Source: Elsinoe ampelina
Taxonomy: Eukaryota
DNA length: 64,000 nucleotides
NCBI GenBank assembly: GCA_010093995.1
Contig: ML992509.1
Coordinates: forward strand, 1,201,850 to 1,265,849
Reading direction: 5' to 3'
Below are positions 1-12,527 of the stretch, piece by piece. A model generated the notes under the pieces. That model did not search any database and was not told the DNA's origin. It saw only the letters and a list, made by a program, of their open reading frames with translations. Made by a program: the position numbers and the translations under genes. The first letter of the stretch is position 1, and each line of letters opens with the position of its first letter.

Positions 1-1463
1 AGCTCATCAGGGCGAGGGAAGAGGAAGACGACCGAACACGTCTGTCCTTCGAGCGACGGCGGGATGTCAAAGTTGTAGAGCGTCGATGTGTCGGCGTTGA
101 CAGTCCCAAAGTACTGAGTGCCTTGAGCAGTGTCTGGCGAAGAGGACGAGATCGGGACAATCAGGTGCGGGAACTCGAAGGGACCGTTCAGGTCCGCAGG
201 GCAGGAGCTTGCTGACGGCGACGACGGCGTTGAGCTGGTAAAACTGGCGTTTAGTCCGGAACTTGTTGCTTGGGTGGAACTTGGCAAGGTGACAAACGTG
301 CTTGGAGAACTCAGGGGAAAGCCGCCTCCGCCCACGATCAGGCTTGGAGTGGCGAAAGCAAGGGTGGTACTGCTGTAATCGGCAATGCTGGTGGTAGACG
401 TACCTGTACTGGCCGGGGCGGCGCAGTTGAGATCATAGATTGGCTGGGTCTTGACTGGTCCAGCAGGATCAGCTCTCAACGGAGGAGCGAGGACACCGAA
501 TGCAGGAGTCTGCGGATTAGCTGGCGCAGGGTCGACACCGTCGAGTAGGATGTACCACCAGGTGTTGACCTTGCCAAAGAGTTGACCACAACCTACATCT
601 TGGTAGTATCGTTGAGCAACGTCTGCACCCGGGACAGCAAGATTGAAGGTAGGGCCGTAGTAGGGAAAGCCAGTCTCAGTGACCCAAACAGGCTTTCCGG
701 TGGACTCCTGGGTGCGTTGAAGAGCTGTAGCGAACAGAGGACCGAGATTCTCAGGACTGTTGACATCCTTGGACTGGAAGTATGGGAAACCATTCATACC
801 GATGAAGTCAACAGCGCTGATAACGTCGTTGAGTTCAGGCCAGTTGGTGGCATTGGTCCAGACGTTCCAGGTGTCTGTGAGGAGTCAGTGATCGAGACTG
901 GCATTGATCGTGCAGGTAGACTCACCGACATGTCCGACAGGAATGCCTTCCCAACCAGGAGTACTCGCCACAAGCTGCTTGATCTCATTGACGTAGCCAG
1001 CAATGATACCGGGCTGCTCTCCAGGATCTGGTCCAGTATCGAGATCGGAGATGCGGTAGATATCCTCACTGCCGACCGAAATGCCAGCGATCAGGCGACG
1101 GAGGTCTTCTGGACGGAAGGTATTGAAGACATTGGTCAATGCTGCCTTCTCGCCATCAAAGACTCCTCGACCAGCGGAACACCAAAGACCAAGCAGGACT
1201 GAAGTGCCGGTTTGATTGGCAGCGAAGATGGCGTCATTGATGGAACTGCCGGAGTCGCCCTGGACAGTAGTGTAGATGCGGGCGGATGTGTATTGGCCAT
1301 TTGTTCCCACAAGGTTACGTGCAGCTTCAAATTCGTCCAGATAGTCCTGACGAACCTTGAGCTCACCAGTCGGCTTCTTGTTGCCGTAGTTGAAACCAGT
1401 ATACTGCTGAGCTTGAGCCGACGCAATGATGGCCGCCGCCACAATGGCGGACAAGGTTTTCAT
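1..1463 (-). CDS. eglC: Secreted GH17 endo-1,3-beta-glucanase (EglC-like) with Ser/Thr linker and C-terminal But2-like domain; 3' end runs off the window
   Basis: Signal peptide MKTLSAIVAAAIIASAQA; GH17 motifs GFNYG, ISVGSEDIYR, GHVDTW (after splicing intron 875..925, GTGAGT...CTGAC...CAG), DFIGMNGFPYFQ, KPVWVTETGFP; then S/T-rich linker and CPADLNGPFEFPHLIVPI...YNFDIP...TCSVVF. Confidence 0.88.
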
Positions 1464-2252
1464 GGCGAAGGATTCGAAGTACAGCAGGAAAGGGTTTTGA
1501 AGTGACTATAGGTGTATTAATGCGAGAGGTTGTCGGCCTTGCCAAGAAGGGTAAGGCCGTCAGGCTGCAGGTGGTGAATGATAGAGGCTGCCAAGGTCCG
1601 AGGTTCTGATCAATGACTCTCGAGGTGTAGGTGATGAAACAGGGACGAATATGGATGACTTGAGGTGTTGATGAGAGAAAGGAAAAAGAGGTAAGCGAAT
1701 AGCAAGTGGAAAGGTTGGTATACTTTCTTGCAAGTACAGAGGGGAGTCGCGACTGATCGTCACTTCTTCGGGCAACTGTGGTAGATCTTTTGGAGCAGCT
1801 TCTACAATGAGTGGCCGCATGTGGAGGCGATGAGGCTGAGAAGTAGCAAATACGAACAAAAAGTGACATGTACCTGCGTCAATCTGCAGATAAACTTGCG
1901 CGATTCGATCAGTGTTGGACCCCGACGGCAGGTGTAGGGACAAGCAGCAAGGATGACCGGAGAAAGAATTGCAGATCTTCTTGGAATGCTGCGATTCTGT
2001 TTGAATGACCAAGGCCAGCTTGTTCTTCCTGCTAGTAATAATAACGGCACCAGGCGAAATGAGATACAACAAGGACAGGAAAAGAGATACGGCTGCCAAG
2101 TCTTCCCTCCCCCACCATCGGCAATGACCCGCCGGCGATCCCGAAGTCGATGAGAAAATCGGATCTCAGAAGTCATTACAATCACAGATGCACAACCATG
2201 GAAGGCTTTTCAGCGATCAATCATCCTTGAGCTGACTGGAGATGGCAGCTAG

Positions 2253-2786
2253 ATGGAAGACCACTACACGGTGCTGGGCCTATCCCACCGACAGCATGAT
2301 CCACACCTGAACGCTCAAGATGTTAGAAAAGCATATCGACAGGCTTTGCTGAAGCATCATCCGGATAAAGTCGATTCCGGTCAGAATGAACATGGGATGG
2401 TCGGAATGGCCGCCAGAGGCGCCAGAGGCGATGCGAAGTACACGATCGACCAAATCACCACCGCTTCTTCGGTACTGAGCGACGCCACTTTGCGAGCCGA
2501 GTATGATCGGCTCCTGAGGCAGCAGGGCAGAGATACGGATGCTGTCAAATTCTTCACCGGCCTTGATACGGTCGACCTGGATGATCTAGACGACGACGAG
2601 ACTCAAGGCATCTGGTTCCGAGGATGCAGATGTGGGGATGACAGAGGTTTCATCGTCTCCGAGGATGATCTAGAGGCAGCTACCGGCGGAGAGCTGGTGG
2701 TTGGGTGCAAAGGCTGCAGTCTGTGGTTGAAAGTACTGTTCTCGGTCGCCATTGATGACCCTGCTGATGATGCGGAGGACAAATGA
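2253..2786 (+). CDS. DPH4: Diphthamide biosynthesis protein 4 (J-domain + CSL zinc finger)
   Basis: N-terminal J-domain (HYTVLGL...AYRQALLKHHPDK) and C-terminal CRCG...CKGCSLW CSL finger; single-exon 177-aa ORF. Confidence 0.93.
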   Translation: MEDHYTVLGLSHRQHDPHLNAQDVRKAYRQALLKHHPDKVDSGQNEHGMVGMAARGARGDAKYTIDQITTASSVLSDATLRAEYDRLLRQQGRDTDAVKFFTGLDTVDLDDLDDDETQGIWFRGCRCGDDRGFIVSEDDLEAATGGELVVGCKGCSLWLKVLFSVAIDDPADDAEDK

Positions 2787-2943
2787 AAATTATTGACTAG
2801 TGATCGAATTTCATGAGAATATGTCGATGAATTATATTGCAGCTACCAAAGGAGTGTACAAATCAACGCAGTCCTGCTCCGTGCCATTCTATATACTACC
2901 AGGACACCAACCAAACCCCCAAAAGACTTTTCGTACTACGGAT

Positions 2944-3501
2944 CTAGCAGTTATAGGTCAACCTCAACCCATTCCCGTTCCCCTGAGAAAAGCCCACCGA
3001 CCCAGCCTTGTCCCCCTGAACCTCAATGATATAGTTCAGCGTCTCAGCACAAGCCCCAGTAACAGCAGTAAGCTTGACATCCTCGGTCGCGCTCCCCCTC
3101 ACAATCTGCGTGCCGACCTGATAAGCCCTACCAGGCCTATTGACCCAAGTATCAGCGAGGGAGATATTCCTGTCCGGCACGAAGAAGTCCAGCCTGGTGT
3201 CCGGGGTGGACTCGACCCGCCACCCCTTTTGGAAGAAGTACTCGACCGAGCAGCCGTAGGCGCCGGCGGGGATGTTGGTGAATTGGAGTTCCGTGATGTA
3301 ACGGTTGGTCTTGCCCGCGCCTTGGCCGGTGAAGGTGTAGCCGTTGTTGCCTGTGTTTTGCTGGGTGGAGGCTTCGATCACGGAGAAGAGGTTGGTGGGG
3401 TACTTGATTTGGCAGGCGCGCTTCTCGAGAGGGGCGGCGGCTGGTGCGGCGGCGACCAGGGAGGTGGTTGCGAGGAGGGTGGTGAGGGTGGTGAAGAGCA
3501 T
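2944..3501 (-). CDS. Small secreted protein (185 aa), But2-C-like
   Basis: ATG at 3501 (AAGATG) gives signal peptide MLFTTLTTLLATTSLVAA and a Kex2 site LEKR; 4 Cys; FTNIPAGAYGCSVEYFF and terminal GLRLTYNC resemble fungal But2 C-terminal domain proteins; minus-strand TATAAA at ~3635-3640. Confidence 0.75.
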   Translation of the reverse strand: MLFTTLTTLLATTSLVAAAPAAAPLEKRACQIKYPTNLFSVIEASTQQNTGNNGYTFTGQGAGKTNRYITELQFTNIPAGAYGCSVEYFFQKGWRVESTPDTRLDFFVPDRNISLADTWVNRPGRAYQVGTQIVRGSATEDVKLTAVTGACAETLNYIIEVQGDKAGSVGFSQGNGNGLRLTYNC

Positions 3502-4677
3502 CTTGATGGTGTTGTTGGTGGTGTTGCCGGAAGTGTTAGAATGGGAAATGGTGTTGTTTGTGGAGTGTGTAATGGTTGGAGGAGTTGCTTGTGTTGTTGG
3601 ATGGATGAGAATGAGAGTAGTGATTGGGCCCTTCTTTATACCTACAGTGCATACAGAGATGGAGTGGTGCAGCATGATCAGATGGTCAGCAAGGTCACAC
3701 TGTCATTATTCCTGCTTGTTGCATCACAGTGCACACGAACCACTGGGGACGTGCGGATGTCCGCGATGACATTGTAGCATCGCTTGAGGATGAGGTCGTA
3801 CACCCCGACCTAGCTGAGAAGGTCCCGTAAGCAGAGGTTGTGAGCAGAAGGGCGGTGCTGTATGGAGAGATGCAGCGCTTGGCGTCTCGTAAAAGCTGCA
3901 AGCCTCTCGCTATGCGGACCACTGACTTGGACATGGATGGTGCAACATCGGCAAAGGCGTGAGAGGCGCGCAGTCGTCTGAGGTGGTACTTTGGGCGAGA
4001 ATACGACGTGAGCACTCAGCCATGAACGCCTCGGGAACGTTTTACTGCAGACCGCAGTCCCAAATCGCGGGGATGAGTAAGATCCGTCGTGTAGGCAATC
4101 TATTCTGGAAAATTCTGCCACCAAGGACGCCATGCGTGACTATTCTGGTGCTTGACGCCATCGCACAGAACCGCAGTATCTGGATTGACACAATGGAAAG
4201 ATTTGTAAGTGCTGTACAGCATGGTCATTGCCATCTCGTCCACCGTCTACCCCTGTGAGGGATAGCCAAAGAAGACACGGCACCCAAGACCTTCTGAAAT
4301 CGCTCTTTGCTCGACGGACGATTTACAGGCTCATCGACTGCGTACAATCTCGACTGGAAATGCTTTTAGAGTCTGCATTAAATTTGCGTTGTTCATAGAA
4401 AGAGAAATGGGAGAGGGCGACGAGGCACAATTTTAGAATACAGCCTTCTGGGCGGTCAGAGGCTTGCTCGACTTCACCCGTTCTCTGATTGGCTCGCTGC
4501 ATTTTTTCTGCCAAAGTGGGATGATGGTGGGGGTGCTTGTATCATTGAAGACCTGGTCATGTAATCATTCTTCTTGTAAGGCACGCAATCCATAACCGAG
4601 TCAACAAGGTATGTCTTGATGTATCGGGCAATCGGTGCTACTCATGCTAAGAGTCGCAACAGGAGAAACTTGCAAAC

Positions 4678-6592
4678 ATGGCTCAAAAGATCGGTGGGGC
4701 ACCTCGGAAAGCTTCTCGAAATGCAGTGTACTAAACTACTTCAGCTATTCTCTCGGTGTACGACAAGACTGGTCTGCTTGATCTTGCCAAAGGTCTCGTC
4801 AAGAACAATGTCCGTCTCCTTGCCTCTGGAGGCACTGCCCGTATGATCCGCGAGGCAAACTTTCCAGTCGAGTATGACCACGTTCTGAATATGACATCCA
4901 GAAAGCCTAAAGACGTTACAGAGATGTATCAGCAATCACAAATGCTCCTGAGATGCTTGCAGGTCGAGTCAAGACCCTTCACCCTGCCGTACATGCTGGT
5001 ATCCTCGCTAGAGATTTAGCCTCGGATGAAAAGGATCTTGCCGATCAAAACATCAACAAGGTCGACTTTGTCGTCTGCAACCTCTACCCTTTCAAGGATA
5101 CCATCTCCAAGATCGGTGTTACCATTCCCGAGGCTGTTGAGGAGATTGATATCGGTGGTGTGACCTTACTCCGTGCTGCGGCAAAGAATCACTCCCGGGT
5201 CACCATTCTCAGCGACCCGTCAGACTACCACGACTTCCTATCAGAGCTTGAGAAGGGTGATGTATCAGAAAAGTCACGCCAGCTCTACGCTCTCAAGGCT
5301 TTCGAGCACACGTCCGACTACGACACTGCCATTGCAGAGTTCTTCCGCAAGAAGTACGCTGGTGAGGGTCAGCAGCACATTTCGCTCCGCTATGGCACGA
5401 ACCCGCACCAAAAGCCGGCCGCTGCCTACATGGACGACAAGAACCTCCCATTCAAAGTACTCAACGGGTCGCCTGGCTTCGTGAACCTCCTTGACGCTCT
5501 CAACGCCTGGCCTCTTGTCCGTGAGCTGAAGGCTGCTCTCGACTACCCAGCTGCTGCCTCATTCAAGCATGTCTCCCCAGCTGGTGCTGCCATCGGAGTC
5601 GGACTCAACGACGTCGAGCGTAAGGTATACATGGTCGATGATATTGAGGGTATTGAGTCCTCCGGTCTTGCACAAGCCTACGCTCGCGCCCGCGGTGCCG
5701 ACCGCATGTCCAGCTTCGGTGACCTGATCGCCTGCTCAGACGAGGTTGATGTCCCAACAGCGAAGATCATCTCTCGAGAGGTGTCCGACGGTATCATCGC
5801 TCCCTCATACAATCCCGAGGCCTTGGCCATTCTCTCGAAAAAGAAGGGAGGCAAGTACCTCGTCCTCCAAATGTCCACCGAGTACGAGCCCTCGGACCTC
5901 GAGACTCGCACCGTATACGGCATCAACATGCGCCAACAACGCAACAACTACCGTATCAGCCCAAAGGAGACATTCGGCCACGCCACGGACCTCTCCGACT
6001 CCGCCCTCCGAGACCTTACCGTCGCCACCATCGCCCTCAAATACACCCAATCAAACTCCGTCTGCTATGCCCTCAACGGCCAAGTCATCGGCCTCGGCGC
6101 CGGCCAACAAAGCCGCATCCACTGTACCCGTCTCGCAGGCGACAAATCGGACAACTGGTTCATGCGCTTCCACGAGCGCGCCCTCAACATCAAGTGGAAG
6201 AAAGGTACCAAGCGACCGGACAAGAGCAACGCTATTGATTTGCTCTGCTCGGGCCAGGTACCCATCACGGAGGAAGAGAAGGCCGACTACGAGAGGAACT
6301 TTGAGGAGGTGCCTAAGCCTTTCACGGACGAGGAGAGAAGAGAGTGGTTGAGTAAGCTGAGCGAGGTGGCTTGTAGCAGTGATGCTTTCGTGAGTGTGCT
6401 TCGCCTTGTTTGCAAGGATTGTACTGACTTGCCCAGTTCCCATTCATCGACAATGTCTTCCGCGCTGCGAGGTCGGGGGTCAAGTACATTGCTGCGCCGC
6501 TAGGTAGCCAGAACGATGGCGCCGTCAAGTCGACGGCTGAGAAGCTGAACATTAGATTCGTGGAGCAGCCGATTCGGTTGTTCCACCACTGA
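4678..6592 (+). CDS. ADE17: Bifunctional AICAR transformylase/IMP cyclohydrolase
   Basis: [73 protein letters not shown]; introns 4694..4744, 4872..4921 and ~6391..6436; additional 5'UTR intron 4609..4662. Confidence 0.97.
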
Positions 6593-6823
6593 AGACCTGA
6601 AAGTGGGGGAGAGCAGACAGAGACGGATCTTGGAACGGTCCTTCGAGGTAGATAGAACCTTTGCTCCTGGACAGACCGCTTGCAACAGCGTCATGGATGT
6701 TTGCCTTATGATATAGTGATAAAAGATATCAAGAATCACTGAGCACAAGGAGTCTTCGCGAACCATCTATTCGTAATATGTTATGCAATCTACGGTGGCA
6801 CTTGGCCGGGTATCATTCGCTCA

Positions 6824-8164
6824 TCAATGCCGCCGTCTGCTAGACTGGTCCTCGCGGTCGTCTCTGTAGTCCCGCTTGCGATCTCTGTCTCGATAGTCCC
6901 TATCGTCTTTGTGCCTCCTTCGCTCTCGATCATCCCTATCATCATAATCCCTCCTCCTGTCCTTCTCTCGCCGATCATCACGGTCTCGATCCCGATCCCG
7001 ATCCCGATCCCGCCTCCCCTCTCCTCTATCTCTCGACCTCCTCCTCTCCTTCCGATCATAATCCCTCTCGTCTCTCTCCCTCTCCTTCCGCTTCTCCCTC
7101 CTCCTCCGCCTGTCCTCCTCATCACTATACTCATCCCTCCTCTTCCTCTCCTCCCTCTTCCTCCTCTCCCTCTCCTCCTCCCTCTTCCTCTCCCCGACCT
7201 CATCCAAATCCACCTCCTGCTTCCTCACCGCCTGCATCTCCATCTTCTCCCTCAACTCCTGCTCCGTCAACTCCTCCCCCGTCTGCTTATTCCGCATCAC
7301 AACAGGGTTATACACCTGCTCCGACCTCTTCGCGCCCCGTCCCCACGCCCCCATCTCCTCCTTGACAGCCGCGTCTTCTTTCGCGCCGATACCGAGCAGC
7401 GCGGGCCGGCGCTCGATCAGTTTCGCTTTTTCCAGCTTCTTGCCCTTTTGGCTGCCGATGCCGAAGCCTTCTTTCCAGCCCATGCCGCGGAGGAGGGCGG
7501 CGCCGAATTCCTCGACGGGGACGGCGGCGTATTGGTCTAGTGTCGCCATGTCCGGGGCTTTGTCGTAGTCGCGCTGGAAGGCTTCTTCTTCGCTCGCGGC
7601 GGCGGGGATGGTGAGGTCGGATTTGTGCTTGATGCCCATGAGGGCGTCCATGGCTTTTTCTTCTTCGGTTTTGGGCTTGGAGGGCTCGGCTGCTTCGGGC
7701 ATGCGCTCGTCTGTGTTCTCTACAGATCCTGCCGCTGGGTCGTCGCCATTTGCCTCTTCTTTCCCTTCGCCCTTGACGTTCAGTCCCCATGTGGGCTTCT
7801 TCGCGGCTTCGATCCGTCGGATTTCTTCTTCTCGTTCCTGTGCGTTCTTGGTCTCTTCGGTGGGCAAGCCATATTTTGCTCGCTTGTCTGTCCGTGCTGC
7901 TTTGCTTGCTTCTCGCCAGTCTCTGTTGGCTTGCGGCTTGATGACTAGCGGTCCTTTCTCTGCCTTTGGGGCAGTGGCGTTCACGGCGCCTTTCGAGCCA
8001 AAATGGGTGACGACTTGTTTCGCAGGGCCGCGCTCGTCATCCGAGTCGTCGCCTAGAGAAGCATGGGGGCGCTTGGTGCCGTTCGCTTTAGGTGGAGCCG
8101 ATTTAGTTGGTGCGGTTTCCTTGGTAGTGGTGGCACCAAACGAGATAGATAGACCAGGCGCCAT
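6824..8164 (-). CDS. SPP2: Pre-mRNA splicing factor Spp2-like G-patch protein with RD/RE-rich tail
   Basis: YAAVPVEEFGAALLRGMGWKEG and RRPALLGIGAK G-patch (Spp2/MOS2) motif; long Arg/Asp/Glu low-complexity C-terminus. Confidence 0.88.
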   Translation of the reverse strand: MAPGLSISFGATTTKETAPTKSAPPKANGTKRPHASLGDDSDDERGPAKQVVTHFGSKGAVNATAPKAEKGPLVIKPQANRDWREASKAARTDKRAKYGLPTEETKNAQEREEEIRRIEAAKKPTWGLNVKGEGKEEANGDDPAAGSVENTDERMPEAAEPSKPKTEEEKAMDALMGIKHKSDLTIPAAASEEEAFQRDYDKAPDMATLDQYAAVPVEEFGAALLRGMGWKEGFGIGSQKGKKLEKAKLIERRPALLGIGAKEDAAVKEEMGAWGRGAKRSEQVYNPVVMRNKQTGEELTEQELREKMEMQAVRKQEVDLDEVGERKREEERERRKREERKRRDEYSDEEDRRRRREKRKERERDERDYDRKERRRSRDRGEGRRDRDRDRDRDRDDRREKDRRRDYDDRDDRERRRHKDDRDYRDRDRKRDYRDDREDQSSRRRH

Positions 8165-8513
8165 GACTGCAGCGGTCGGGAACCTTGGAAAGGGTCGTCA
8201 CTTGACTAACGACTTCGACAGAGAATTTGGAGACGTCAACTTTACGGTTGACATGGACTGCGGCTTGTGAGTTTTGGACAACCGGAAATTTCGCATGCAA
8301 GAACACACGGTAACGTCATGATTCGATGTGAGATGAACATGCATTTGCAACACTTTCACATGGAGTAAACGGTGCGTAACTTGATCGACCCCTCTAATCC
8401 GATGTCATGAAAATTTCCTCAAGCTGCAACTATTCCACGCCCTTTGCGCTCGTTCATTAGTCGTGGTTTGCATCTTCGCCATTTTCTACGCCACCCGGTT
8501 GGAGTCAATCAGG

Positions 8514-11500
8514 ATGGCTTCACCCAACTACTTTACTTGCACGCTTGGGCAAGCAAATTCGCTTGGTCTGACGAATCCCGAATTCAAGAACATCACACAA
8601 TTCATAGACGGCCAAGCACAGAATATTCCACACCGACCAGCGGTTGGGTTTGCGATTCCGCTACCACCGTCTTCCAAATCGGAGTCCTGGGACCACGAGA
8701 TCTTCACATATGAGAACCTTTCGAGACGAAGCACAGCGCTTGCCATACGACTCCAAGGTAGCTACGGGGACAAGCTTGGTGCATCGAAAACAGTAGCTCT
8801 ACTAGCACCCAGTACATCCCAATTCCTCTTCACATGGCTCGCCCTGATGCGCCTGGGTTATGCTGTTCTGCTGATAGCTCCCCAGTGTCAGCCAGGGGCC
8901 ATTGCACACCTGTGTGACTCCTGTGAAGTCAGTGCTCTGGTATACGAGGAGCAGTACGCGGAGCAAGCAAGAGAAGCCTCGACTGTCGCCGTAGACGAGG
9001 GCAAAGCTCTAGATGTTCTCCTCTTACCGTCTTATGATGGTCTCTCCATGTTCGAAGTCTCCATCAAGGTAGGCGAAAACCAATTCCCTTCACCTCAGCC
9101 GAAAGACGTGGCGTACTTGCATCACACCTCCGGCACATCATCTGGCCTGCCAAAGCCAATACCCCAATCACATCGAGCAGGATGCGGCGTGCTGCCGTCT
9201 TTCCCAGATGGACACGAAGCGGCGACATTCACAACGACACCCCTCTATCACGGCGGTGTAGCGGACTGCTTCAGGGCCTGGACGAGCGGTGCCTTGATCT
9301 GGCTCTTTCCCGGCAAAGGCGTCCCCATCACTGCGAGTAACATCATTCGCTGTCTGGATGTCGCTATCTCCTTGTCTGAAGCTGGCAAAGTACCCCCAGT
9401 CCGCTACTTCTCATCTGTTCCTTACGTGCTTCAATCTATGGAAGCATCTTCCGAAGGTCTCTCTCATCTCCAGCGCATGTCCATAGTCGGCGTTGGCGGC
9501 GCTGCCCTGCCTGCTGAAGTAGGAGAGCGTCTGATCGCCTCTTCCGTCCCACTCATCTCCCGCTTTGGTAGCGCGGAGTGCGGCTTTCTCATGTCATCTC
9601 ACCGCGACTATGCGACGGACAAAGAGTGGCAGTATCTTCGTGCCCCGCCTTTATCAGGTCTGATTTTCGAGCCTCAGACTTCTACCCCAGATCTACACGA
9701 GCTCATCATTCCCCCAAATTGGCCGCACATGGCTAAGCGAAATCGTCCGGATGGATCTTTCGCAACCGCCGATCTCTTCGTCCCACATCAGACCATTGAA
9801 GGAGCATGGAAATACCATTCCCGGTCGGACAGCCAGCTCACCCTGATCACCGGCAAGAAGTTCGATCCTGCCCCACTCGAAGACAGCATTGCCACATCTA
9901 GACTGCTCAGCGACGTACTAATATTTGGCAACGGCCGGCCTTATCCTGGTGCTCTCCTGTTCCGCTCAGCAGAAGCCAAAGACGTCATGGATACTCAACT
10001 ACTCGAGCAGGTGTGGCCTCAGATTGAGAAGCTGAACGGCGACACCCAGGCTCATGCTCGGCTGTTGAGGAAGACGCTTGTGCCTATGCCTCTCCTCGAC
10101 AAGGGCTTGGAGAAGAGCAGCAAAGGGACTGTTATTCGTGGAGCAGCGGAGAAGCGTTTCGCGGAAGAGATCGAAGGAGCATATGCGCATAGCATGGACG
10201 GCGAGCTATCTGGAGTCAAAGATGAGGACATCGAGGAGACTTTGATGGAGCACGTACAGAAGGCTACGAATGGGAAGACGAGACCCAAACCACAGGACGA
10301 CTTGTTCGCTTACGGCGTAGACTCGGTTGCGGGCATGATGGTACGAAACGATGTTCGACAACTTGTTGGCAAAGAGGTCAAGGTTCCGCTGAATATCGTC
10401 GAGGATTGCGGTACAATCGAGCGCTTAGCGGAGTACGTCCTGCATACCAGACGAGGGGAGAAAGGTCGAGACGTGGACGCCGAGGAGCGAGCCTTGATGC
10501 TGGAACTGGCAAAGAAGTATAGCCGTTTCGACGACGAGGGAACGCCGAATGGTTCAGTCAACGGGACCAAGCATGATAAGGTCGAGGGTGAGGAACATGT
10601 CCGCGAACCAGGTCAAGTCATCGTCCTTACCGGTGTGACTGGAGCGTTGGGAGCTCACTTGCTGGACTCGTACTCTCACGACGAGACGACAAGGAAAGTA
10701 TACTGTCTCGTACGAGGAGCAACAGGCCGTGCATGTCGAGAGAGGGTCGTCAAGGCCCTCGAAGCCCGTGGTTTGAGAGATCTACACGACGACAAGGTGG
10801 TGGTCCTACAGGCCCAACTCGGCGAGCATAACCTGGGCCTCAGCGACGAGGACTACACTCGCCTCGCGAGGGATACAACGACCATCCTCCACGTCGCTTG
10901 GGCAGTCAACTTCCGCATGCGCCTGCGAGCGTTCGAGAAAGACCACATAGGCGGTGAGTTTGCTTCATTTCCTTTACCTCTTCGTACTCTACCGTCTGTT
11001 CCTGCAATATGCTCGCCCGCGGCCAGCACAGTATTGTGCAGTCCCAATCCGTCCACAAGAACGGGCGGTATGCATGACTCTCCACGCCACGCAATTATCC
11101 CTGCTACACCCGCCGTGCATGTGCATGAACAAAGGCCTTTGCCACAGACAAATTCGTGTCTCACGAGCCTCCATCAGGATCCAACTGTCCGCCACCGGCC
11201 CAATCTCCTCGACACGAGAATAGGTCGACACGCATGCATGCCGTCCAAATGCAGAGCACTGTACCTGCATTGACCCTCTCGAGACAAGAGCGAAAAGAAA
11301 TCCAGACCCTGCATGACAGATTTCCCTGCATGAGCGCTTCCTTGCCAAAATCGATCGACCCACAGAGCACGATAGCGTCCGAAAACAGCAGCGAGAATCC
11401 TTGCTAATCTCCCCTTCTCCGCAGGTCTACACAACCTAATCCGTCTCGCCCTACGATCGCCCTGGCCTTCGCCCCCGCAGATCGGCTTCTGCAGCAGCGT

Positions 11501-12527
11501 AGCCTCGGTGCTGGCCCACCCTCGACCGATCCCGGAGCATATCATCGACGACCCCTCGGCCGCGAGCACCCTGGGCTACAGCAGGAGCAAATGGGTCGCC
11601 GAGCAGGTGTGTCAAGCGGCGGACAGAACGACGGGGCGACTCCACGGTAAGGTTAAGGTGTTCCGCGTAGGCCAACTGGGTGGGGACAGCGAAAGGGGGA
11701 CGTGGAACGCCAGCGAGGCGTGGCCTCTGATGCTGAGCGTTGGAGTCAAGGAGCTGGGTGCCATGCCGGACTTGGAGGGGGAGAGGTTGGACTGGTTGCC
11801 CGTGGACGTTGCGAGTAGGGCGTTGAGGGAGGGGATGATGATGGTCGGCGACCACGACGCGATGGGTCGGGAGGATCAGCGTCGGGGGTTGCGATCGACT
11901 GGCGACAGTCGAGGCGATGGAGTTGGAGGGGAAGGTCGGCGCGACGGCAGCGCCAGCAGTGATGTGCTCGGCCTAGATGGGGAGATCGATGGCAAGGGTC
12001 AGGGAGAAGAGCAATGCGGGCCGACCACGACTGTCATGCATGTCGTGCATGATGGGCTAAACCCGAGTTGGAGGCAGATGCTGGTGTGGCTGCAGGAGGA
12101 ATCGGCCGGCGCTGCTCCTCCTTTTGACGTGGTGGATCCGGCAGAGTGGGTGGGTCTGCTCGAGCGGGCGGCCGATGGTGGTGGTCCCGCTGCCGCTAGG
12201 GGTGATTCTCCGTTGAAGACCAGAGTTGGCGAGGTGGAGCAGCCCGGGCAGCAGCAGCAGCAGCAGCAGGAACAGTGCCGAAAGGGAGCGCAGCACCCCG
12301 CGTTCAAGCTTCTGGAATTGTGGAAGTCGGCTTATGGCAAAGCAGGTGGAGAGCAGAAAATGACTCGGGATGATGGTGTCTCGGCGGAGCGAAATGGTGA
12401 GCACGAAGGATCCAAGACTTTTGCGATGGAAAAAACAAAGGAGGCCATCCCCGTGTTGAGGGACTTGAAGCCGGTTGACAAGCAGTATGTCGTCAGGATT
12501 TGGAGGTGGGTCGATCAGAACATGTGA
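8514..12527 (+). CDS. NRPS-like enzyme (adenylation-thiolation-reductase; carboxylic acid reductase type)
   Basis: A domain YLHHTSGTSSGLPKPI, PLYHGG, RFGSAECG, ADLF; carrier DDLFAYGVDSV; R domain VLTGVTGALGAHLL and, after intron 10954..11424, GYSRSKWVAEQ and FRVGQLGGDS. Confidence 0.92.

Noticed and set aside
2800..3777. 325-aa plus-strand ORF (also 6827..7540, 40049..41137, 47928..48818, 61110..61889)
   Set aside because: Antisense shadows of real genes, produced by biased codon usage.
6985..7012. (GATCCC)n hexamer repeat
   Set aside because: It simply encodes the Arg-Asp dipeptide repeat of Spp2.
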